Source: Octopus bimaculoides
Taxonomy: Eukaryota
Direction of reading: 5' to 3'
DNA: 32,886 nt
NCBI RefSeq assembly: GCF_001194135.2
Contig: NC_068982.1
Span: forward strand, 118,474,773 to 118,507,658
Part shown: positions 13,103 through 22,390 of the stretch, in pieces
Position numbering within the stretch: the stretch's first letter is position 1
How the letters are laid out: each line of letters begins with the position of its first letter
Notes under the pieces: model-generated
What the model saw: only the letters and a program-made list of their open reading frames with translations
Told to the model about the DNA's origin: nothing
The model's database searches: none
Position numbers and translations under genes: made by a program

Positions 13103-13414
13103 GCAAATGAGATTGATTGCTACCTAGCTCAGAAACCGGGAAACCCCAAAATGGCAGAAATTCAAATGATAGTATTCATGGGAACTGCTCATATCCTACA
13201 AAACATACTGTCTATGTAATCTCAAATTTTAAAACGAATTCATAATTTTCTTATGTTCTCTTATATAATCCCTAGAACAATACTATGTGCAAAACCAAAT
13301 TTATGAGATTCTAAGCATAACACCAACGTTAACATTTAACTTGTTGTCTCCTGGGGTCTATGGATGATACTTGAAGTCAACTTGTACAAATACAAAACAA
13401 AAGTCAAACAGATC
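13103..13414 (+). mobile_element. 5'-truncated R4/Dong-like non-LTR retrotransposon 3' end (last 38 codons plus 3' UTR) embedded in (TAA)n
   Basis: 13103-13219 reads ANEIDCYLAQKPGNPKMAEIQMIVFMGTAHILQNILSM*, matching the C-terminal PG....EIQK.VL.GTAHILR..L motif of R4/Dong-clade REL-endonuclease elements. About 195 bp of 3' UTR ends in (TAA)n. Confidence 0.8.
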
Positions 13415-13478
13415 ATAATAATAATAATAACAACAACAACAACAACAACAATAATAATAACAATAATAACAATAATAA
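13415..13478 (+). repeat. (TAA)/(CAA)n compound trinucleotide repeat (tail or target of the R4/Dong-like elements)
   Basis: Direct reading. Confidence 0.95.
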
Positions 13479-14805
13479 AAAAATAACTGAAGTAGAAATT
13501 GACCAAATTAAACAAGCAATAAGGGATAAAAAGAACGAAACTGCAGCTAAAGGAGATACTACCGAGGAAATAACTATAGACCAGCCCAAGACTGATGTAA
13601 AATGCACTAATGATTGAAAGAGTTAATGTAACTGATAGGCAAAGTGAAATACTCTCTGAACAAACCATAAGGTAGATGAAAATCAAATAGATGAAAGAAG
13701 TCACAAATATTGACCCAACAGAACTACATGATCAAAAAAATCAAACCATGATTGAATGGCTGAAAATTAACGAAACAAGTATGAATGAACACGATACTCT
13801 CCCAAAAATTCGCAATTCTAACGAAAACCTGAAAATAATTGGTAAAATCCCCCTTGCATTTAAGGACATAATTTTAGCTAATGATGTTGATATCACAGAT
13901 CTGAAGCACCTGTATTATACATCCGCGAAAATCTCAAAGGTTCTATGTGGTGAAAAGATTAGAAAACGACAACATTTCCACAAAATGCCTTCTTGGCAAG
14001 AGCGTATTCAACACCAAATTAATCTCCTTAGGTCTGACATAGAATATTTGAAGAACCTTAAGTTTGACAAGACTACCAAACCTAAAAAGAACCGAAAATT
14101 AAAATATATATATATATGAAAACCATACTTGTCATTAATGCCAACATATAAACCACCTAGCAAAAGGAATGTGCTAAAACTATCCGCATAGCAAGGTATG
14201 AAAATCGCGTAAGATTCTTCAAGGACATCATGTTATAAAAAATAACACAAAACTTTTTACAGGAAGATAGGGAAAACATCAGTTACAGTAAAGTCTATCC
14301 TATCAAAAGAAGTGCAGGAATTTTGAAATAAAATTTGTGCAGAAGAAAAAAACAATAAAAAGGCACCTAGGATTGATAGAATATCTACAGACATAGACTC
14401 CTAAGAGGAGCAAAAGTGTGTGCGTGTAAAGGTAGAAGATATAAGATCTGCTCTCAGGAGGTCAAGCAAATGGAAGTCTCCAGGTAAGGATAACATTTCT
14501 AACTTCTGGTTAAATGCCTTCCCAAAGAGCCATGAACTGCTAACAGACCTTTGCAGCGATGTTTTGCAACATACTAGTATGATGCCTTCTCGGCTAGTTA
14601 ATGGTTTAGCAAACATTCCTACTTCCAAAAAATGAAGAAAGAAATGAATGAAAAAATTATAGACCCATAACCTGCCTAACAAAAATGTATAAAACGCTAA
14701 CATTTGCCTGATTGAAAATACCTATAGATTTTTAATAGAAAGTTGCATATTCCCTAGTACGCAAATAGGATGTAAACGTGGGTTCTATGGTTGTCATCTT
14801 TTATC
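13479..14805 (+). mobile_element. Decayed R4/Dong-like non-LTR retrotransposon ORF fragment (N-terminal region to start of RT), with frameshifts and stops
   Basis: KITEVEIDQIKQAI..; ORF 13691-14119 with PSWQERIQHQINLLRSDI; VEDIRSALRRSSKWKSPGKDNISNFWLNAF (RT domain-0 KSPG.D); NYRPITCL at 14655; QIGCKRGFYGCH at 14762-14797 (QKGC....GCKDQL motif). The fragment ends before the YxDD region. Confidence 0.9.
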
Positions 14806-14959
14806 TATTATGGGTTTCATCCAGTTGCTCAGGGCATGCTGGTGCATTACCATTACTGCATCCAGAGAATTTTCCAGTATTGCTCCTGGTGAAGCATCGA
14901 GTTGAACATTGCCGCCCTTCTTTGTGCCTCGTGTCACGATGTGGGTTCATCCGAAATTG

Positions 14960-14986
14960 CAGTTACACTCACAAATACACACACAC

Positions 14987-15025
<39 letters not shown>

Positions 15026-15056
15026 TGTCTGTGTTTATACATATAAAAACACACAC

Positions 15057-15088
<32 letters not shown>
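14960..15088. repeat. (CA)/(TA)n microsatellites before the largest N-gap (15089-15988)
   Basis: Direct reading. Confidence 0.9.
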
Positions 15089-16004
15089 NNNNNNNNNNNN
15101 NNNNNNNNNNNNNNNNNNNNNNNNNNNNNNNNNNNNNNNNNNNNNNNNNNNNNNNNNNNNNNNNNNNNNNNNNNNNNNNNNNNNNNNNNNNNNNNNNNNN
15201 NNNNNNNNNNNNNNNNNNNNNNNNNNNNNNNNNNNNNNNNNNNNNNNNNNNNNNNNNNNNNNNNNNNNNNNNNNNNNNNNNNNNNNNNNNNNNNNNNNNN
15301 NNNNNNNNNNNNNNNNNNNNNNNNNNNNNNNNNNNNNNNNNNNNNNNNNNNNNNNNNNNNNNNNNNNNNNNNNNNNNNNNNNNNNNNNNNNNNNNNNNNN
15401 NNNNNNNNNNNNNNNNNNNNNNNNNNNNNNNNNNNNNNNNNNNNNNNNNNNNNNNNNNNNNNNNNNNNNNNNNNNNNNNNNNNNNNNNNNNNNNNNNNNN
15501 NNNNNNNNNNNNNNNNNNNNNNNNNNNNNNNNNNNNNNNNNNNNNNNNNNNNNNNNNNNNNNNNNNNNNNNNNNNNNNNNNNNNNNNNNNNNNNNNNNNN
15601 NNNNNNNNNNNNNNNNNNNNNNNNNNNNNNNNNNNNNNNNNNNNNNNNNNNNNNNNNNNNNNNNNNNNNNNNNNNNNNNNNNNNNNNNNNNNNNNNNNNN
15701 NNNNNNNNNNNNNNNNNNNNNNNNNNNNNNNNNNNNNNNNNNNNNNNNNNNNNNNNNNNNNNNNNNNNNNNNNNNNNNNNNNNNNNNNNNNNNNNNNNNN
15801 NNNNNNNNNNNNNNNNNNNNNNNNNNNNNNNNNNNNNNNNNNNNNNNNNNNNNNNNNNNNNNNNNNNNNNNNNNNNNNNNNNNNNNNNNNNNNNNNNNNN
15901 NNNNNNNNNNNNNNNNNNNNNNNNNNNNNNNNNNNNNNNNNNNNNNNNNNNNNNNNNNNNNNNNNNNNNNNNNNNNNNNNNNNNNNNNATATATATAGTT
16001 GAAA

Positions 16005-16330
16005 TTTACAGAAAAACAAAATTCGAAGACAGGTGTATAAAGAACAAGCAGGTCTTGTAGTTTGACGCCTGGAAAGTCGTTTAGGTTTCGAACCTACGCT
16101 CTTCAACAGAAAGGAACGCGAAGTAAACAGAGAGAGAATTAAAAAAAGAATACTTTTGTAGTTAGAAGTCAATCATGGCGACTTGTTGGACAAAGTTAGA
16201 CAGTAGGGCTAGGAAGAAAGGGAGATGATAAAGTATTGGTGATCCCAAAACGAAGATTTGCGTGCGTATGTGTATGTGAGAGTGTAAGTGTGTGCGTGTG
16301 GTTAGGGTTGGTGACTTTGATGTGTGGATA
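16005..16330 (-). mobile_element. Probable Penelope-like element terminal-repeat fragment with a degenerate hammerhead-like core
   Basis: Minus strand TTGAAGAG-CGTAGG-TTCGAAAC at 16083-16109 resembles the (C/T)TGA.GAG..CTCGAAAC core typical of Penelope pseudo-LTRs. No ORF is recognised, and the family call rests on recalled resemblance. Confidence 0.45.
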
Positions 16331-16542
16331 TGTGCGTGTGTGCGTCTGTAATGGGTGGGTGTGTGGATGATGGTGTGGGTGCTAGGAAGTGGTAATTGCT
16401 AGTGTGTACAGAGTGCTGTGTGGGTGGTGTGATGTGTGGTGGTGTGTGGTGTGGCAGTGCTGGGTGTGGGGATGTGAGGGTGGGATGTGGATTTGGTGTG
16501 AGTATGTAGGGTGCGTTGGTGATGTGTCGGTAGGGGTGGGGT
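16260..16542. repeat. Degenerate (GT)/(GGT)-rich low-complexity tract before N-gap 16543-16975
   Basis: Direct reading. Confidence 0.85.
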
Positions 16543-17028
16543 NNNNNNNNNNNNNNNNNNNNNNNNNNNNNNNNNNNNNNNNNNNNNNNNNNNNNNNNNN
16601 NNNNNNNNNNNNNNNNNNNNNNNNNNNNNNNNNNNNNNNNNNNNNNNNNNNNNNNNNNNNNNNNNNNNNNNNNNNNNNNNNNNNNNNNNNNNNNNNNNNN
16701 NNNNNNNNNNNNNNNNNNNNNNNNNNNNNNNNNNNNNNNNNNNNNNNNNNNNNNNNNNNNNNNNNNNNNNNNNNNNNNNNNNNNNNNNNNNNNNNNNNNN
16801 NNNNNNNNNNNNNNNNNNNNNNNNNNNNNNNNNNNNNNNNNNNNNNNNNNNNNNNNNNNNNNNNNNNNNNNNNNNNNNNNNNNNNNNNNNNNNNNNNNNN
16901 NNNNNNNNNNNNNNNNNNNNNNNNNNNNNNNNNNNNNNNNNNNNNNNNNNNNNNNNNNNNNNNNNNNNNNNNNNNTGTGTGTGTGTGTGTGTGTGTGTTA
17001 GACAAAATTAGATAACTAAGCCAAGGCT

Positions 17029-17203
17029 GTGAGGAGGTTTCAGGAGATATCGGAGGCATTGAGAAGTACGGCTGGTATGCATGAGCGACTGCCGCTCTTC
17101 CATCAACAACCTTGCCCAGACTTGTACCTCCTTGGTAAACTTTCTAGGTGGAATCCCATGGTCATTCACAACCGAAGGGTGTCTTTATCAGGCGTTCATG
17201 TAG
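17029..17203 (+). mobile_element. Probable 3' half of another Octopus-type SINE
   Basis: Reverse complement ccacctagaaagttt..caagtctgggcaaggttgttgatggaagagcggcagtcgctcatgcataccagcc resembles an abundant Octopus repeat, from recall only; no second copy in this window. Confidence 0.4.
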
Positions 17204-17204
17204 G

Positions 17205-17890
17205 TATATCATTCTTCAGTTTTCTTCCAAGATGTCTTGCCAATAGAGAAAGAGCCGGTTTCTAACCTAGATCGAAGGATCCTTCGTTGCAATATCAACA
17301 TCAACATCAGGGTAATTTTGTTTATATGTATGTGTATGTGTAGATTTGTATGTTTTCCTTTATGCATTCTCATGCATATAGTTACATATCTAGACACGCT
17401 CATATATATTGAAATGATAAACTTCTGCAAGGTTTTACAGAGTTTTACAGTTCCAGTGATGGATCGGATTTGTAGTCTTCGAATTAGCTTTCTCCTTTCC
17501 GGTTTTGAGAAGACTAATTTCTCAACATTGATATTTAGGAAGTGTGTTACATATCCCAAGACTCCTATAGTGACAGGTATAATCCCGAACTTGTAATGTG
17601 GATAGAGTAACTGCAAATTTCTCAATAGTACATCGTTGATGTTTTCTTTTTCACTGATCTTCAGTTTTATGTTAACATCCCTGGGCAGCTAATTTCCACA
17701 ACTGTACAAAGTTTCTCTTTTATATCGCAAATCATTATATCAGGTCATTTGTGCTTACATGTTATTGAAGTCTTCACTGGGTCATTCCAAAGTACTCCAT
17801 TTTATTACGAGTGGGTATGGCTTTTACCATTCTATGGGTTCTTATTTATGCTCGGGATTATCCTTCCGATGTATTTTATTGTAAAGTATG
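17205..17890 (-). mobile_element. 3' portion of a REL-endonuclease non-LTR retrotransposon (family distinct from the 13.1-kb copy), degenerate
   Basis: Minus strand, across frameshifts: FYNKIHRKDNP..NKMEY..PVKTSITCKH.(R)PD..LCTVVEISCP.DVNIKLKISEKEN..LRNLQLLYPHYKFGIIPVTIGVLG..LIRRLQIRSITGTVKLCKTLQKF. This matches the PD..(D/E)..K restriction-like endonuclease and its conserved C-terminus. A 3' UTR follows. Confidence 0.85.
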
Positions 17891-18240
17891 TATGTATGGA
17901 TGGATGGATGGATTACGTTCCAGTCAACTTTTTAAAATCTTACCTGTATATAAAAGTTAACCTGATGAGGGTTGATTTTATATTATGATGTAATCTTTTA
18001 CAAATGCATAAAATAAAATGTTACCGAAAGTGGTGTAGGTTTCAAACGACATTTATGTTTATCATTTTATACTTACGCCACACCAAGGATAAGTTAGTTA
18101 GTTTGATCGAAGGTTACAAACTAGATTTGATACTTGCATAACTATGGTATTTGCTAGCACTCGAAATCTACAATATTTTCACCTAGCAACTTTCTGGAGC
18201 CTTACATGTTGATGAGCCTTGATTGTTAAGGGTTCATTAT

Positions 18241-18411
18241 CTTTTATCTTATATTTTACCTGTGTCCGGTAATAGACTGTAGCCCTGCCGGGGTACCGCC
18301 TTCAGCTTTTAATCGAATGAACTGGTCCCAGTACTTATTTTTAAGCCTGGTACTTATTCTATCTGCTTCTTTTGCTGAACACACCGGTTATGAAGTGGTG
18401 ATAGGGGGACC

Positions 18412-18456
<45 letters not shown>

Positions 18457-18466
18457 NNNNNNNNNN

Positions 18467-18497
<31 letters not shown>

Positions 18498-18630
18498 CGG
18501 GTTCTTTAAGTTTCTGTCTACCAAATCCACTCACAATGCTTTCGTCTCCTCGACATTATAGTAGAAGACATTTGCCCGGAATCACGTGGTTGGGAAGCAA
18601 GCTTCTTGCCATACAGCCACTCCAGCGCCT
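18241..18630 (-). mobile_element. tRNA-derived Octopus-type SINE with internal (CA)n and a deletion in the head
   Basis: Head GGCGCTGGAGTGGCTGTATGGCAAGAAGCTTGCTTCCCAACCACGTG on the minus strand (A-box-like). Body (gtttctgtctaccaaatccactcac, aagcctggtacttatt, accgcctt) is shared with the copy at 28851-29140. Confidence 0.85.
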
Positions 18631-18924
18631 ATAGATCATTTATGTGTGTATAATGTCAGTAGAGATACCCACTAGACTTACGTTCGCACATGCACACACA
18701 CAGATATATAAAAGCTACTCTGCTTTCAATCACATAGAATTATTCTATTCAAATATGTATCTATTATATTATGTTAGATTTAAAAAAAAAAAAAAATAAT
18801 AATAATAATAACTATAAATATCACTGTTAAGTGTCGTTTATTATTCGGGATCAATGAATCTGTTTTCATGTACGGAAGTTTTCAAAAGATCTGAGCGCTA
18901 AACCTTATTAAAAGTTAACCGAAC

Positions 18925-18934
18925 GGGAATTTCC
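18925..18934 (+). promoter_or_regulatory. Perfect NF-kB/Rel consensus 10-mer GGGAATTTCC
   Basis: Exact match to GGGRNNYYCC; a single site, function unproven. Confidence 0.15.
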
Positions 18935-19306
18935 CCTACGTACAAAACATTCTGCGTGTCATTGTTCCACCTTCGACAAACCGTTATCGGTTTGTTATCC
19001 CACATACGCACACGCTCTCTTTCTCTCCCTTTCTCTCTTTCTCTCTCTCTTTCTCACTGTGTGTATACTTTTATGTCTGTGTGCATACTCATACGCACAT
19101 GCATTCACCCCCACCCCCACACACACGTATTCACTAACAATCTCTCCGTTAAAATTCTCACTTCGATAAAAAATTTCCAGGTATCTTTATCCTTTCCTCC
19201 TCCGCGTTTCTATTTTTCACACTGGTAATTAACATTTTACAATCGTTTACACCTCTCTGTTTAGCCTTTGTTCTTTTCCTTTTATTTTTTCTGTGCCATT
19301 GTACAG

Positions 19307-19309
19307 CTC
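19307..19309 (+). other. Candidate 3-nt micro-exon (CTC)
   Basis: Long T/C tract, TGC at 19294-19296, TACAG acceptor, then a GTATGT donor at 19310. Confidence 0.3.
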
Positions 19310-19759
19310 GTATGTATAATTATTTTAATCCGACTGATGCTTGTACACCGAATTGTTGTTATCTCACAACACCACATACGATTTTAGCCAAATTGTCAGC
19401 TCTCACAAAATATATTGGCAACGCAGTTTATTGTCACTAATTTAATCTGATCATATTTACTTGTTTTTAAAAATTAGCGTTATCTCGTTGAGTAATAGTA
19501 AAGTTTCGATGAAATTATTATTATGCTAATGTTAAAACATTATTATTATCCGGTTTTAAACAATAGACCAGTGTACAAGAGCTAACAATAAAATATTTCT
19601 ATAATTACTTCAATGCGGAGACAGGTGTTATCTAATGTCTATTTTTCATGCGAAAGAATCAGTTTTTGTATCTATTGTTGTTAGGAGCAGCCTGAAAATA
19701 GGTGAACAGCATAAGCTTTGCTTTAGAATTTACTTGGGTGATGACTAGCAATGAATCCA

Positions 19760-20171
19760 GCTGAGTGACGTGCGAGATTCGATCATCCTTCTCATATATG
19801 AATTTATAAACTGGCGACACTATAAAGAATCAATAAGTCAAGGCAATGGCTCAAATTCCATGTCGAGGCACTACTTCTCTGTCTTAAGAGATACCGGCTC
19901 GTATGCTACAGTCATGTGATTCGAAAGAATAGCAAGACGGTTCCTTCAAGCTAAGATAACTGATAGGAGACAAGGGGGTAAGCGAAGTACCAGAGGTTGG
20001 ACAATACACATAATGTTAGCTGTCCACACTTGGGGACTCTGGAAAATGTAATGACGGTTGCATCTGATAGGATCCTATAGAGGAAGGATCTGGGACTCTG
20101 TCCCCGTGACCCTCTTCAGAATAGTGGGAAAAGAAGTTGGTTGGATGGATAGATGGATGGATGGATGGATG
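19760..20171 (+). mobile_element. Decayed RTE-like LINE 3' end with (GGAT)n tail
   Basis: HVEALLLCLKRYRLVCYSHVIRKNSK..TLENVMTVASDRIL*R resembles the post-RT IEALL..RLRWYGHV.R...A.DR..WR pattern of RTE-type LINEs. The sequence ends in a GGAT repeat. Confidence 0.55.
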
Positions 20172-21222
20172 AGTGTATATTAATAAAAACAAATCAGTGA
20201 GGAGAACTACTACAATAGAAGAAAAGGTAATCAGTGAAAAATAACGACCTGGTTATTAATTTACACTAGATGTTATTAGAGTTCTTGAGCAATCCATGAT
20301 TATAACTATGAAATAAATAGATTATACCGTAACGTCCCTGAGGCGAAAATATCAGACTAGACGGATATGCTTATGATACTGAGATGGCTTGGACAATAGT
20401 ATAAGTTCGATTCCAGTGAAACCATTTGAACTGTTTCCAATGTCAATAAAATTATTGAGGAAAATATGAAATTCAGATAAAACATACGCTTGCAATAGTT
20501 GTATTCCTTTTCCATATTCGATAGCACTTTTTCTCAATACTGAGAAATTTTGATTCCCTATATCGTACATATTATAGGCCATTTTACTTTCATATTTTCA
20601 TACAACAAGCAAACAAATGTATTCATTGCGACTTATATTTTGAAGCTATTACGAAAACTACATTAACAGAAGCACAAGCAAAAAAGAAAAACATGTACCG
20701 GCTAAACAATTTCAGACACTGTGCACATTTCATAGTATGTTTATATCAAATTTTATGAAAGTACTGATGAGGACCAGGCAAATAATCACCACTGTATACT
20801 AATTTTTTAAAAACTATTCATTGATTAAAATCTAGAATTGTCTTTTCTGTATGTACGCTTGGATAATTAGAGTCAGATTAGATACATGACCAACTAACAC
20901 CAGCAGTTGGTCCATATATATAGATATTAATACCATTAAGATATACATATACGTCTAATTGTTTGTGTCTCTTAGTATACCTGTTTATGCATACATGACT
21001 AATCACCAATTCAACAATATGACTTCCACCAGCCCAAAATTCGTTCAAAATACATTCCTGTGTATCTTTCTATTTATTAATGATTTGTTTGTTTAGTACC
21101 TCTGTATTCTTATTGATCTTGTATACGTTCATTAATTCTATCTATCATGATTTGAACTTATTCTTCTTGTTTCCGATGTTATCTATATACTCCCACCTAT
21201 TATTCAACATGCAATTGTGCAG

Positions 21223-21232
21223 TCTAATACTG
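21223..21232 (+). other. Candidate 10-nt micro-exon (TCTAATACTG)
   Basis: No AG between 21097 and 21220; pyrimidine-rich; TGC at 21210 and 21218; CAG acceptor; TG|GTAAGT consensus donor. Confidence 0.35.
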
Positions 21233-21842
21233 GTAAGTATGCCATTGATTTATATCAAATTGAATCATTAATACAAAGAAGTATATAACAATAGTGCATC
21301 CGCCAAATAAATAATAAATATAGCCCTAGAAAAATGAATATCTAAAAGTCTTTATCTGATGTAAGCTGCCTCGATAAGCAGAATGATTAGTAAAATGTTT
21401 TATAAAATATTGGGGAAATATAAACAAGTTCAAAAGGGAGATTATTGCAGTGACATCAAATAACTACTTAGGGGAATTGCTTCAGTAATTGACTCGAAAA
21501 TCTAAAACGAAGGTATTATACAGGAGCTTTATAACGCCTTAGGGGTTATATGAATGAGTGTGAGTGTATGTGCGTGTGTGTGTGCGTTAAATTTATTGTA
21601 CAATTAAGATACAACCCACTTATAGTTTCTTACTGTGAAGATACATGTCAACGCAGGTTTTTATAAAGCAATCTCGTCTTCAAAAAATCCCTCGGCTTTG
21701 AGCATATGATCTGTTGTATTTGAAAGTCACGACGCTTGTACATAAGAAATCATAAGAAAAAGGAGTAGCAGGTTGATGCAGAAGTGAAAAGGAAAGAAAT
21801 GAAAAAAGAAAAAAAAAACAACAGAATTTTAGGGTTACATAC

Positions 21843-21948
21843 CCTTTGACCGTAGTCATCAGAAGTACAGAAGATGTAGAATAATTCAGCGGAGAAAGAT
21901 TCAGGGGCTGCATCTCTCAATCTGAAGAGAGTTCTGTCCTCCTGTTCG
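21843..21948 (-). CDS. Candidate internal coding exon, product unknown (EQEDRTLFRLRDAAPESFSAELFYIFCTSDDYGQR)
   Basis: ATTTCTTTTAG acceptor and GG|GTATGT donor; 106 bp with one open frame (35 codons); GC-richer than its flanks; no family recognised. Confidence 0.35.
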
Positions 21949-22304
21949 CTAAAAGAAATTTTACCCATATGGACAAATACACACACATGCACACACACAT
22001 ATACACATACACATACAGACACACACATAAGTATTATTTAGATGTATATTTGTTGATGTGTGTGTGTGTGCGTGTGTGTGCATGCGTTTTTGTTGTACGT
22101 GTTCATGTCAGTAAACGGATGTAATAAATGTGCACCACCCCACGTACATTATAGTCCAATCTATATTATTTCCATTTTTGATATTTAATTTTTCGGCTAC
22201 GTAGGATGATGACATGAAAATTGTACCAAGACATGAAGTAAAGACAAGAGAGACGAATCGACCTAGGACGAAGTGTTAGATGTGCTACACCGGATTTTAA
22301 GAGT

Positions 22305-22390
22305 CAATGATTTGGTCGAAGTGAAACTATAATATGGAATACACTGTCCAGCGTGCCGCGAAGTGGGATTTGACGTATGACTGTGCCAAT
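22305..22390 (-). mobile_element. Highly decayed SINE head fragment, same type as 18241-18630
   Basis: gatttggtcg..actataatatggaatacactgtccagcgtgccgcgaagtgggatttga parallels ctttcgtc..attatagtagaagacatttgccc of the 18.5-kb copy and retains a B-box-like segment. Confidence 0.45.

Noticed and set aside
13336-13704. Minus-strand hydrophobic ORFs rich in I, V and L
   Set aside because: Antisense translation of the (TAA/CAA)n repeat and the A-rich retroelement strand
20764-20790. CTGATGAG hammerhead-like start
   Set aside because: No stem II partner or GAAA follows (GACCAGGCAAAT)
21225-21232. TAATACTG matching the 5' end of miR-8/miR-200
   Set aside because: The rest of the mature sequence does not match and no hairpin forms
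21832-21862. Minus-strand CTGATGA followed by a C(UACG)G hairpin and a GGGT/ACCC helix
   Set aside because: Lacks the invariant GAAA (has TCAAA) and has no stem I
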